Shown here piece after piece: positions 9,413-18,139 of a stretch of 64,000 bases of DNA. How positions within the stretch are numbered: position 1 is the stretch's first letter; each line of letters opens with the position of its first letter. The translations under genes and the position numbers were made by a program. The stretch spans positions 9,474 to 73,473 of the forward strand of contig JAFAVT010000077.1 in NCBI GenBank assembly GCA_019242275.1. The letters run 5' to 3'. The DNA comes from Alphaproteobacteria bacterium. GTDB lineage: Bacteria > Pseudomonadota > Alphaproteobacteria > Micropepsales > Micropepsaceae. The notes below the pieces were generated by a model. It saw nothing but the letters and a program-made list of their open reading frames with translations. It was not told the origin of the DNA and did not search any database.

Positions 9413-9484
9413 CCCTCATGCTTCGACAGGCTCAGCATGAGGTGATTTATTTTTTCCTCACCCTGAGCCTGTCGAAGGGTGAGG
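9413..9484 (+). repeat. Dispersed palindromic repeat family A, full two-hairpin copy
   Basis: Sequence cctcatgcttcgacaggctcagcatgagg - tgatttattttt - tcctcaccctgagcctgtcgaagggtgagg. Confidence 0.85.
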
Positions 9485-9549
9485 CGGCTTTGCTTCTGTC
9501 CAAGATTAAAATGCTCTAAATCGCGGGCCCGCACCGGTCACGAGGGGTT

Positions 9550-10224
9550 TTACCTCCGCCGCGCCGCTGCGACTTCCTTGCGAAAGTCAATCGAAGCCGA
9601 CTCCGACGACAGCAGCCGGCCATTGACGATAAAGGCCGGCGTTTGGAAAACCCGGATGCCCCGCGCCTGGTTGAAGACCGAAATGATCTGGTCGGAAATC
9701 GCCGGCGCGTTCATGTCGCGCTTCAGCCGCGCCACATCCAGCCCGGCCGCCTTGGCCATGTCGAAAATGTCGGCTTCGGTGAGCTTGCCGTCAAAGCGCA
9801 TCATGGCATTGTGATAGGCGGTGTATTTGCCCTGGGCTTTGGCGGCCAACGCGGCGCGGCTGGCCACCAGCGATTGCGGCGTCAGGATGGAAAACTCCTT
9901 CAGCACCAGCTTCACTTTCGGGTCGGCCTTGAGCAACGCTTCCAGCCGCGGCTCCACCGCCTTGCAATAGGGACAGGTGTAATCGAAAAACTCTACGATG
10001 GTGACATCACCGTTGGCATTGCCGATCACGGGCGCGCCCGGATCGTTTGCCAGCAATTGCCAGCGGGCAGCGATACGTTGAGTGATATCAGCGGTGTTGT
10101 CGGCATCCCGCCTGGCGGCGTACGCCTTCTCGATAGCGGTTTTCTCTGCCACTGAGGCGGCCGCGAAAGCATTGCCCGCGAGCAGAGAAAAGGTCAGACA
10201 GAGCGCGGCAAAACGGAACGCCAT
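9550..10224 (-). CDS. DsbA-family thiol:disulfide oxidoreductase (periplasmic)
   Basis: 224 aa with a signal peptide (LLAGNAFAAAS), a thioredoxin-fold CxxC site FFDYTCPYCK, and a DsbA-like helical insertion. Confidence 0.88.
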   Translation of the reverse strand: MAFRFAALCLTFSLLAGNAFAAASVAEKTAIEKAYAARRDADNTADITQRIAARWQLLANDPGAPVIGNANGDVTIVEFFDYTCPYCKAVEPRLEALLKADPKVKLVLKEFSILTPQSLVASRAALAAKAQGKYTAYHNAMMRFDGKLTEADIFDMAKAAGLDVARLKRDMNAPAISDQIISVFNQARGIRVFQTPAFIVNGRLLSSESASIDFRKEVAAARRR

Positions 10225-10234
10225 GGAAAAGCTC

Positions 10235-11518
10235 CTACACGAAGGGGTCTCTTACCATAATGGTGTCATCGCGATCCGGAGAGGTGGAAAGTAACGCCAC
10301 CGGCGCACCAATCAATTCTTCCACCCGCCGCACATATTTGATGGCATTCGCCGGCAACTGCGCCCAACTGCGGGCGCCCGCGGTAGTTTCGCTCCAGCCG
10401 TCCAGAGTTTCATAGACCGGCTCCAGCCGGGCCTGCTGGGTGGCATCGGCCGGCAGATAGTCCAGCATCTGACCGTCCAGCCGGTAACTGGTGCAGACTT
10501 TGATCTGTTTGAAACCATCCAGCACGTCCAGCTTGGTCAGGGCGATGCCATCCACGCCGCCGGTGATGCAGGTCTGCCGCACCAGCACGGCGTCAAACCA
10601 GCCGCAGCGGCGCTTTCTCCCCGTCACAGTGCCGAACTCATGGCCCCGTTCGCCCAGCTTTTCGCCGACTTCGTTCTTCTGCTCGGTGGGGAAGGGCCCC
10701 TCGCCGACGCGCGTGGTATAGCTCTTGACGATGCCCAGCACGGTGCCGATGTCGCGGGGGGAAACCCCGGCGCCGGCTGCGGCCTGCCCCGCCACGGTGT
10801 TGGAGGAGGTGACGAAGGGATAGGTGCCATGGTCAATGTCCAGCAGCACGGCCTGCGCCCCTTCAAACAACACACGCTTGCCGGCCAGCTTGGCCCCATG
10901 CAGTTCGCGCCAGGATGAGCCGATGAAAGGCGCCAGTTTCGGCGCCACTTCCTTCAGCGACGCCAGCAAAGCCGCGGCATCCACTTCGGCATGGCCAAAG
11001 CCCCGCCGCAGCACATTGTGGTGCGCCGACAGCTTTTCGATCTTGGCCGGCAGGCTGGCGAGGTCTTTCAGATCAATGGCACGCAGGGCGCGGCGGCCGA
11101 CCTTGTCTTCATAGGCCGGGCCGATGCCGCGCTTGGTGGTGCCAATCTTCTGGGCGGCGGCCTCTTCGCGCATGGCGTCCAGCTCGCGGTGCAGCGGCAG
11201 CACCAGGCAGGCATTCTCCGCCAGCACCAGCAAGCTCGGCGTCACCGCCAGGCCGGCCGCACCGACGCGGGCGATCTCGTCCAGCAGCGACCAGGGGTCC
11301 ACCACCACGCCATTACCGATGATGGAGCGCTTGCCTTGCACCACGCCGGACGGCAGCAGCGACAATTTATAGGTCTTGTCGCCCACCACGATGGTATGGC
11401 CGGCATTGTTGCCGCCCTGGAAGCGCACCACCATCTCGGCCCGGTTGGAGAGCCAGTCAATGATCTTGCCCTTGCCTTCATCGCCCCACTGGGCGCCGAT
11501 CACGGTGACGTTTGCCAT
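10235..11518 (-). CDS. purA: Adenylosuccinate synthetase
   Basis: The true start is [23 protein letters not shown] (ATG at 11518); the ORF extends artefactually to 11632. Further motifs: GGNNAGHT and [13 protein letters not shown]. Confidence 0.97.
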   Translation of the reverse strand: MANVTVIGAQWGDEGKGKIIDWLSNRAEMVVRFQGGNNAGHTIVVGDKTYKLSLLPSGVVQGKRSIIGNGVVVDPWSLLDEIARVGAAGLAVTPSLLVLAENACLVLPLHRELDAMREEAAAQKIGTTKRGIGPAYEDKVGRRALRAIDLKDLASLPAKIEKLSAHHNVLRRGFGHAEVDAAALLASLKEVAPKLAPFIGSSWRELHGAKLAGKRVLFEGAQAVLLDIDHGTYPFVTSSNTVAGQAAAGAGVSPRDIGTVLGIVKSYTTRVGEGPFPTEQKNEVGEKLGERGHEFGTVTGRKRRCGWFDAVLVRQTCITGGVDGIALTKLDVLDGFKQIKVCTSYRLDGQMLDYLPADATQQARLEPVYETLDGWSETTAGARSWAQLPANAIKYVRRVEELIGAPVALLSTSPDRDDTIMVRDPFV

Positions 11519-11644
11519 GCCAAAACCTTGAACGCAGAAACGCCCGCGGCAGGGGCCGCGGGCGTGGCGCTTTATAGCAAATGCAGAGACGGGGAGTAGG
11601 GCAAAGGTGCCGCATCCTTCCGGATGCGGCACCTTCTCTAACCG

Positions 11645-12529
11645 TCAGTAAAAGATACCATATTCGACCTGGATAACCTCGCCCGTATAGCGGTCAATCA
11701 GCAAGGCATCCGAGCCGTAGCGAACCCAGACCGTGCCGGGAGGCGGAGGCATCAGGTCATAATAGTAATAGTCGTTGATCCAGAAATTGCTGGCCCAGAA
11801 CAGACCGGGCAGGAAGTCGCCGAAAGTCCAGCGCCGGTAGTACCAGCCCGCCGGCCGGTAATAAGCCGGACCGCGATAGCGGAACTGGCGTGGCGCATTG
11901 AAAGCCCGGTTGTATTGCGACCAGTTGTTGCGGCTGCCATAGCGGTTGTCGAAGCGGCCGCCGCGATTGAAGTCCGGCCGGTTGTCATTGCGGCTGAAAT
12001 CGGGACGTCCATTGTTGCCGCGATTGAAGTCAGGCCGGTTTTCGCCGCCGCGGTTGAAGTTGCCGCGATTGTCGCCACGATTGAAATCGGCCCGGTTGTC
12101 ATTGCCGCCACGATTGAAGTTGGAGCGGTTGTCGTTGCCGCGGTTGAAATCCGGCCTATTGTTGTCATTGCGCTGCGCGAAGCTATTGCGGTCGCGATTC
12201 TCGAATTGCGCCCGCTGCTGCTGATCGCGCTGCATGGACTGGCGTCCGATATCGGCCCGGCTGCCCGGGATGACGGACTGCGGCGCGTTCGGTGCCGGTG
12301 CAGCAGCTTGTGGCGCGCGTGGTGCCGGTGCCGGTGCTGATGGTGCGGGTGCCGCCTGGGGCGCCGGCGCAGCTTGCGGTGCCGGCGCGGCCGCGGGCGG
12401 ACGTGCGCCCCGTTCATAGCCGCCACCACGGCGTCCCTGCGGGTCATCACCGCGCTGGGCGAGGGCTGGCCCCGCCAAAAGCGCCATGAGAGCGGCGGAA
12501 AGAAGCAGTGTTTTTCGCATGACATTCAC
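11645..12529 (-). CDS. Secreted repeat protein with RcnB-like C-terminal domain
   Basis: 294 aa with a signal peptide (ALLAGPALAQ) and a Pro/Ala-rich tract. It carries seven imperfect NRxDFNRG units. The C-terminus WTFGDFLPGLFW...DYYYYDLMPPPPGTVWVRYGSDALLIDRYTGEVIQV resembles the RcnB/YohN family. Confidence 0.7.
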   Translation of the reverse strand: MNVMRKTLLLSAALMALLAGPALAQRGDDPQGRRGGGYERGARPPAAAPAPQAAPAPQAAPAPSAPAPAPRAPQAAAPAPNAPQSVIPGSRADIGRQSMQRDQQQRAQFENRDRNSFAQRNDNNRPDFNRGNDNRSNFNRGGNDNRADFNRGDNRGNFNRGGENRPDFNRGNNGRPDFSRNDNRPDFNRGGRFDNRYGSRNNWSQYNRAFNAPRQFRYRGPAYYRPAGWYYRRWTFGDFLPGLFWASNFWINDYYYYDLMPPPPGTVWVRYGSDALLIDRYTGEVIQVEYGIFY

Positions 12530-12609
12530 TCCTTGGCGGAACCATAACCCTTGCGAGGTGACGAGGTTCCATTGCAGGAAGATGCTGCGCCTTGGGGCCT
12601 GACTGTAGC

Positions 12610-13089
12610 ATGAACAGCGACACGCCGGTTCCGTTCACAATTCGCCGTGCTGCACCGGGCGATGAAGCCATCATTGTGGCGCTGCTGAAGGAATTGGCGG
12701 TGTTCGAGAAGCTCGAGCCGCGATTCACATTGGATCAGGTCCAAGTGACGCGCGATCTGTTCGGCAGGGAAAAAGCAGCGGTCTGCGATCTCGCTTTTGC
12801 CGGCGCGGAGCCAGCCGGTCTTGCCCTATGGTTTTGGACGTATCGGAGCTTTGGTGCTGAACGCGGCCTTTTCATCGAGGATCTGTACGTAAAGCCCCAA
12901 TTTCGCGGGCAGGGTCTAGGCACAATGTTTTTCGCCCATCTGGCCGGGCAGGGCGCCCGCCTGGAATGGCGGGTGCTGGATTGGAACGAAAAAGCGCTGG
13001 CCTTCTATCGGCGCCTCGGCGCCAGGCCGCTTGCCGACTGGCTGACCTACGAACTAGAGGGTGAAGCCCTGAAAAGGCTCAGCGCATGA
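12610..13089 (+). CDS. GNAT family N-acetyltransferase
   Basis: Sequence FTIRRAAPGDEAIIVALLKELAVFEKLE...LFIEDLYVKPQFRGQGLG (acetyl-CoA motif Q/RxxGxG)...ALAFYRRLGA. An alternative TTG start lies at 12592. The stop overlaps the folA start (ATGA). Confidence 0.85.
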   Translation: MNSDTPVPFTIRRAAPGDEAIIVALLKELAVFEKLEPRFTLDQVQVTRDLFGREKAAVCDLAFAGAEPAGLALWFWTYRSFGAERGLFIEDLYVKPQFRGQGLGTMFFAHLAGQGARLEWRVLDWNEKALAFYRRLGARPLADWLTYELEGEALKRLSA

Positions 13090-13556
13090 TCACGCTGGTG
13101 GTAGCCGCGGCGCTGAATGGGGTGATCGGCAAGGATGGCGCCATTCCATGGCGGCTACCGGAAGACATGAAGCGCTTCAAGGCGCTGACCCTGGGCCATA
13201 CCGTGGTGATGGGCCGCAAGACCTGGGACTCGTTGCCGCCGAAGAATCGACCTTTGCCCGGCCGGCGCAATATCGTGGTGACGCGCGACGCAAGCTGGCG
13301 GGCGGGCGCCGCCGAAGTCCTGTCGCTGGCGGATGCCTTGCAGGCAAGCGACGATATTTTCGTGATCGGGGGGGCAGAAATCTATCAGGCCGCGCTATCG
13401 CGGGCCGATCGCATCGAACTCACCGAAGTCCATGGCGATTTCGCCGGTGACGCCCGTTTCACTTTTGATCGCACACAATGGCGCGAAGTTTCGCGCACCG
13501 ATCATATCAGCGCGGATAAACTGCCTTACAGCTTCGTGACATTGGAACGCATTTAA
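13086..13556 (+). CDS. folA: Dihydrofolate reductase
   Basis: 156 aa: MITLVVAAALNGVIGKDGAIPWRLPEDMKRFKALTLGHTVVMGRKTWDSLP...IFVIGGAEIY. Confidence 0.95.
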   Translation: MITLVVAAALNGVIGKDGAIPWRLPEDMKRFKALTLGHTVVMGRKTWDSLPPKNRPLPGRRNIVVTRDASWRAGAAEVLSLADALQASDDIFVIGGAEIYQAALSRADRIELTEVHGDFAGDARFTFDRTQWREVSRTDHISADKLPYSFVTLERI

Positions 13557-13632
13557 TCTCATTTGTCCTGACCCGCTTCAGGCGGTCAATCCAGTAGGTT
13601 CCCTCTTCCACAATCGCGGTAAGGGTCGGAAA

Positions 13633-14259
13633 TCAAACCGGCGCCGTCAGTTCAAATTCGATCACCAGGCGCTGACCTTCCCCTTCATAGCGGCGCTCGC
13701 CCCGCGGCTGCCAGCCGGGATGCAGCAGGATCATGCCCGATTGTGGCCGGATGATCTCGGCAAAACCGGCGCTGGTGCCGCCCGGCATGCGGAAGGAAAG
13801 CTGCGGCGCCACCATGGCGGGCAGGGGGCCACGGGGATCGCCCAGCTCGCACTGCCCGCCCAGTTCTTCATCATCCGACTTGGCATAACCGTCATCGGCG
13901 AAATAAACCCCCGCCCAGAAAGCGCCCGGCCGCGCCACCATTTCCTGATATTCGCCTTTCACCCGGGCCGCGGCGCGGCAGGCGATTTTCCACTCGGTCT
14001 TGATGCGCCCGCCGCTGCGCGAGGCAGTGAGGCTGTCGGCCAGGTCCGTCACCACCGCCAGCAGGGTCTGGGCATGATGGTTGCCCCAGCTGCGGAAATC
14101 TTCCTTGGCATAGGCGCCCTGGCCCCGCGACTGCGCTTGTCTGGTGCGCTCCAGGATCAAGGGTTTCAGGTCGGCATTCATCTCCACCGCCACCGGCACG
14201 AAATGCACGCAAAGGGGTGTGGCAAACAGACTATGGATCTGTGGCTTGGTGGACGGCAT
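13633..14259 (-). CDS. Conserved hypothetical protein, 2OG-Fe(II)-oxygenase-like (PF13759-like) fold suspected
   Basis: Start set at MPSTKPQIHSLFATPL, directly after the apbC stop. Segments FWAGVYFADDG and IRPQSGMILLHPGW resemble the TIGR02466-type jelly-roll. I cannot find the usual HxD/H...H metal ligands. Confidence 0.45.
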   Translation of the reverse strand: MPSTKPQIHSLFATPLCVHFVPVAVEMNADLKPLILERTRQAQSRGQGAYAKEDFRSWGNHHAQTLLAVVTDLADSLTASRSGGRIKTEWKIACRAAARVKGEYQEMVARPGAFWAGVYFADDGYAKSDDEELGGQCELGDPRGPLPAMVAPQLSFRMPGGTSAGFAEIIRPQSGMILLHPGWQPRGERRYEGEGQRLVIEFELTAPV

Positions 14260-14266
14260 GGCGGCG

Positions 14267-15373
14267 CTATTCCAGCACGATTTTGGGTGCAGGACGCTGT
14301 GTCGTTTCGAGCGCAGCGGCGACTTTTTTTGCCACCTCCGCGAAGGCGGCAGCTTCCGGGCCATCGGGCTCGGTCACCATCACCGGGGTGCCGGCGTCGG
14401 ACAATTCGCGGATTTTCGCCACCAGGGGAATTTCCCCCAGAAAAGGCGCACCCAGGGCTTCGGCGGTGGCGCGGGCGCCGCCATGACCGAAAATCTCATG
14501 GCGCCGGCCGCAGCCGGAGCAGATAAACGTGCTCATATTCTCCACCAGCCCCAGGATTGGCACCCGCACTTTCTGAAACATGGCGATGGCCTTCCTGGCA
14601 TCAATCAAGGCGAGGTCCTGCGGCGTGGAAACAATTACCGCGCCGGCCAGCGCCACCCGCTGCGTGAGAGTCAGCGCGATGTCACCGGTGCCGGGCGGCA
14701 TGTCCACCACCAGCACATCAAGCGGCGACCACTCCACCTGGGTGAGAAACTGCATCAGGGCGGACTGCACGATCGGCCCGCGCCAGATGGCAGCTTCCTC
14801 TTCGCGCATGATGAAGCCCAGCGACATGGTCTTGAGACCATATTTTTCGATCGGCAGAATGCGCTTGCCTGGACCGGTATCCGGTTTCTTGTGAATGTCG
14901 AGCAGACGCGGCACCGAGGGGCCGTAGATGTCGGCATCCAGCAGGCCGGTCTTCAATCCCGACTTCGACAGCGCCAGCGCCAGATTGACTGCGACAGTGG
15001 ATTTGCCCACGCCACCCTTGCCGCTGGCCACGGCGATGACGTGCTTGACGCCTTCCACCCCCTGTTTGGCTTGCGCCTCGGGCGCCGGCCTCGCGCGGGA
15101 CGACGCAGAATGCTGGTGCGCGCCTTCGTCATGGGCCGTCAGCACTGCCGTCACCGACAGCACGCCGGAAATAGCTTTTGCGGCCGCTTCCACTTCGGCG
15201 CGCAGCGGCTCGGCTGCCCGGCCCTGGGCGGCAGGAACCTCCAGGGCAAAACCGACATGGCCATCCCGCACCACCAGGCCCTGGATCATGTCCTGTTGCA
15301 CCACACTGCGGCCGGAAACCGGGTCAATCACCTGGTCCAGGGCGCGCAGGACATCATCTCGGGAAAGGGCCAT
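14267..15373 (-). CDS. apbC: Fe-S cluster carrier ATPase ApbC/Mrp (NBP35 family)
   Basis: 368 aa with an N-terminal DUF59-like domain (VLRALDQVIDPVSGRSVV), deviant Walker A IAVASGKGGVGKST, and a CxxC site (ICSGCG). Confidence 0.93.
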   Translation of the reverse strand: MALSRDDVLRALDQVIDPVSGRSVVQQDMIQGLVVRDGHVGFALEVPAAQGRAAEPLRAEVEAAAKAISGVLSVTAVLTAHDEGAHQHSASSRARPAPEAQAKQGVEGVKHVIAVASGKGGVGKSTVAVNLALALSKSGLKTGLLDADIYGPSVPRLLDIHKKPDTGPGKRILPIEKYGLKTMSLGFIMREEEAAIWRGPIVQSALMQFLTQVEWSPLDVLVVDMPPGTGDIALTLTQRVALAGAVIVSTPQDLALIDARKAIAMFQKVRVPILGLVENMSTFICSGCGRRHEIFGHGGARATAEALGAPFLGEIPLVAKIRELSDAGTPVMVTEPDGPEAAAFAEVAKKVAAALETTQRPAPKIVLE

Positions 15374-15529
15374 GGTCCGCCTTTTTCGGGCGCCTCATAT
15401 AGCGGCGCGGGGTTTCAAATCCAATGGGCCGCGGCTTGATCGGGATTTCCGGGGCGTGGCGCGATTTCACTATTTGTCCGGCGGTCGGCCCTCTAGACTG
15501 GCCCACGAATCCGCACCATCCCACGTTCC

Positions 15530-16942
15530 ATGCGCGCCCTTATAGCCTTTGTTACTGCCCTTCTTGTCGCCGCGCCTGCCGCTGCCCGGCCGGCGCCGGA
15601 CAGTTTCGCCGATCTGACCGCCAAGCTACTGCCGTCGGTGGTGAACATTTCCACCTTTCAGACTCTGAAAGCGCCGCCCAAAGGCTCGCTGCCGGATATC
15701 CCCCCAGATTCGCCACTGTCGGAACTGTTCAAGAATTTTCTTGGCCCCCGCGGCAACCAGCCCCGCCACGCCACCTCCCTGGGCTCCGGCTTCATCATTG
15801 ATCCCTCCGGCTATATCGTCACCAACAATCATGTGATCGAGAATGGCGAGCAGATCACCATCACCTTCAGCGATGACACCACCATGCCGGCCAAGCTGGT
15901 GGGGCGCGACGTCAAGACCGACTTGGCGCTCTTGAAAGTGACGCCGAAAAAGCCGCTCCCCGCCGTCAAGTTCGGCGACAGCGACAAGGCCCGCATCGGC
16001 GACTGGGTGATCGCCATCGGCGATCCTTTCGGCATCGGCTCCACCGTCACCGCCGGTATTGTCTCGGCCCGCAACCGCAACATCAATGCCGGGCCGTATG
16101 ACGACTTCATCCAGACCGATGCCCCCATCAACCGGGGCAATTCCGGCGGTCCCCTGTTCGACATGGACGGTAATGTTGTGGGCATCAATTCGCAGATCTT
16201 CTCGCCCTCGGGCGGCAGCGTCGGCATTGGCTTTGCCATCCCCTCCAACCTGGCGCGCGATGTGGTGCAGCAGCTGCGCCAATTCGGCAGTGCCCGGCGC
16301 GGCTGGATCGGTGTCAGCATCCAGCCGGTGACCGATGAGCTGGCCCAGGCCTTTGGTTTGTCTTCGCGCCAGGGCGCCCTGGTCTCCAATGTCAGCAAGG
16401 ATGGTCCCGGCGCCAAGGCCGGACTGATGAATGGGGATCTGGTGGTGGGCTTTGACGGCAAGCCGGTGCCCGATGATCGCACCCTGCCGCGCATCGTTGC
16501 CGGCACGCCCATTGGAAAAACGGTGAACATTGATGTGCTGCGGAAAGGCCGCAAGGTTTCCAGTCGCATCACGGTGGAAAAGCTGGCCGATGATGGGCCC
16601 GCCGACAAGGCGGTGAAGGCGCCGCCGGCGCCCAAGCCGCAATCCAAGCTGGCGCAGTTGGGGCTGAGCCTGGGTCTGCTCGATGACGCGGCGCGGGGCC
16701 ATTACAAGATCGGCGGCAATGTCCAGGGCGTGCTGGTCTCCAGCGTGGATCCCGGCACCCCCGCTGGCGACAAGAATATGCGCGCCGGCGATGTCATTGT
16801 GCAGGTGCAGGGTGCCGCGGTGAAGACCCCCGACGATGTCGCCAAGGCAGTGGATGCGGCCGCCAAATCCGGCAAGCCGGTGGCGCTGTTCCTGGTCAGC
16901 CGCGGCGGCAATGTGGTTTACGTAGGCTTAAGACTGAATTAG
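15530..16942 (+). CDS. degP: Periplasmic serine endoprotease DegP/DegQ (HtrA family, two PDZ domains)
   Basis: 470 aa with a signal peptide. The catalytic triad context is present: TNNHV, DLALLKV and GNSGGPLF. Two PDZ-like C-terminal domains follow. Confidence 0.93.
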   Translation: MRALIAFVTALLVAAPAAARPAPDSFADLTAKLLPSVVNISTFQTLKAPPKGSLPDIPPDSPLSELFKNFLGPRGNQPRHATSLGSGFIIDPSGYIVTNNHVIENGEQITITFSDDTTMPAKLVGRDVKTDLALLKVTPKKPLPAVKFGDSDKARIGDWVIAIGDPFGIGSTVTAGIVSARNRNINAGPYDDFIQTDAPINRGNSGGPLFDMDGNVVGINSQIFSPSGGSVGIGFAIPSNLARDVVQQLRQFGSARRGWIGVSIQPVTDELAQAFGLSSRQGALVSNVSKDGPGAKAGLMNGDLVVGFDGKPVPDDRTLPRIVAGTPIGKTVNIDVLRKGRKVSSRITVEKLADDGPADKAVKAPPAPKPQSKLAQLGLSLGLLDDAARGHYKIGGNVQGVLVSSVDPGTPAGDKNMRAGDVIVQVQGAAVKTPDDVAKAVDAAAKSGKPVALFLVSRGGNVVYVGLRLN

Positions 16943-16949
16943 CGCGCGC

Positions 16950-17066
16950 CTACAGAATCATGCCGGCGCCGCGCACCAGCGACAGTACCGAGAACACCGC
17001 CATCAAGGCGATGATGAAAACCTGAAAGATGGTGCTGACGGTTTTGCTGTGTTGCGCTTTGTTCAT
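16950..17066 (-). CDS. Possible small membrane protein (38 aa)
   Basis: MNKAQHSKTVSTIFQVFIIALMAVFSVLSLVRGAGMIL has a single TM helix. An AGGA lies about 9 nt upstream of the ATG. There is no homology evidence available. Confidence 0.35.
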   Translation of the reverse strand: MNKAQHSKTVSTIFQVFIIALMAVFSVLSLVRGAGMIL

Positions 17067-17262
17067 GGTATTAAGTCCTGCATTCTCAATGCCGAGAGTG
17101 TCGCGCCATCCTGTCGCGCGGTAATGCAGACGCGTCGCGGATTTGTCGGTTGGGGCGAGAGATTTGCCGCAAATCTCCGTGCCAACGGCCAATCAGACAA
17201 TTCCGTACAACTCTGCCGGACTGTTCAGAAACTCTCTTTTCGTCATGGCCCGACAAACGGAC

Positions 17263-18114
17263 CTAGGCCCTAACAATCTCCGCCTCACTATACCCTTGCA
17301 AATACAGCAGCGCCGTCAGGTCATTGTGCTGGATGGCAGCGCCGGCGGCGGCCGCCAGCACGGGCTTGGCATGATAGGCCACCCCCATCCCCGCCGCGCG
17401 GATCATGGCAAGATCATTGGCCCCGTCGCCCACCGCAAGGGTCTGTGACAGAGCAAGGCCGAGCGCTTTGGCGCCGCTTTCCAGCGCCTCCAGTTTGGCT
17501 GCATGGCCCAGCACCGGGCTGGCGACTTCGCCGGTCAGACAAGTGCCGTCATCCAGCAGAATGTTGCTGCGTTCCTCATGGAAGCCGGCATCTTCTGCCA
17601 CGCGTTTGGTGAAGAAGCCAAAACCGCCCGACACCAGCATGGTGTGGGCGCCATGGGCGCGCATGGTGGCAAGCAGCGATCGGGCGCCGGGGTTGAGCCG
17701 CACCCGCTCACTGTAAGTGCGCGCCAGGGCCAGCAGCGGCAGCCCCTTCAGCATGCCGACGCGCTCCTTCAGCGCCGCCTCGAACTCCAGCTCACCCCGC
17801 ATGGCGCGCTCGGTGATGGCGGCGATGTCAGCTTTCAGTCCCGCCATGTCGGCCAGTTCGTCCAGACATTCGACATTGATGATGGTGGAATCCATGTCGG
17901 CCACCAGCAGCTTTTTGCGCCGTCCTTCCGCCGCCACCAGGTTGATGTCCAGCGCCAGGTTGCGCGCCAGATGGCGTGCCGCTTTTAGTGCAGAGGGGTT
18001 TTCCACCGGCAGGTCGAAAGCGAAATCCGGCGACAGAATGCGGGCGCGAGCGGCCGCCAGCGCGACGAACAGCGCCGGATTCGCGCCCTTGCCGATGACG
18101 TTGAGAACAAACAT
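17263..18114 (-). CDS. serB: Phosphoserine phosphatase SerB
   Basis: Start set at MFVLNVIG (ATG 18114). HAD motifs are LLVADMDSTII, VSGGF and AVGDGANDLAMI, preceded by an ACT-like N-terminal domain. Confidence 0.92.
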   Translation of the reverse strand: MFVLNVIGKGANPALFVALAAARARILSPDFAFDLPVENPSALKAARHLARNLALDINLVAAEGRRKKLLVADMDSTIINVECLDELADMAGLKADIAAITERAMRGELEFEAALKERVGMLKGLPLLALARTYSERVRLNPGARSLLATMRAHGAHTMLVSGGFGFFTKRVAEDAGFHEERSNILLDDGTCLTGEVASPVLGHAAKLEALESGAKALGLALSQTLAVGDGANDLAMIRAAGMGVAYHAKPVLAAAAGAAIQHNDLTALLYLQGYSEAEIVRA

Positions 18115-18139
18115 TGTGCCGCCAAAGAAAGGCAAAGAA

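Noticed and set aside
11519-11632. N-terminal extensions of listed ORFs. Examples: purA to 11632, ilvC from 22123, maeB to 54383, sugar dehydrogenase to 41782, permease to 27442, lhr from 58934, pdeM from 61581, serB to 18246, miaA from 17717.
   Set aside because: In each case a conserved family N-terminus or signal peptide begins at an internal start. The extension overlaps a neighbouring gene or a non-coding repeat.
11915-12340. Nucleotide-level periodic repeats that at first glance resemble a short repeat array
   Set aside because: The periodicity is the coding NRxDFNRG repeat of the RcnB-like protein. The units are imperfect and contiguous with no unique spacers, so this is not a CRISPR.
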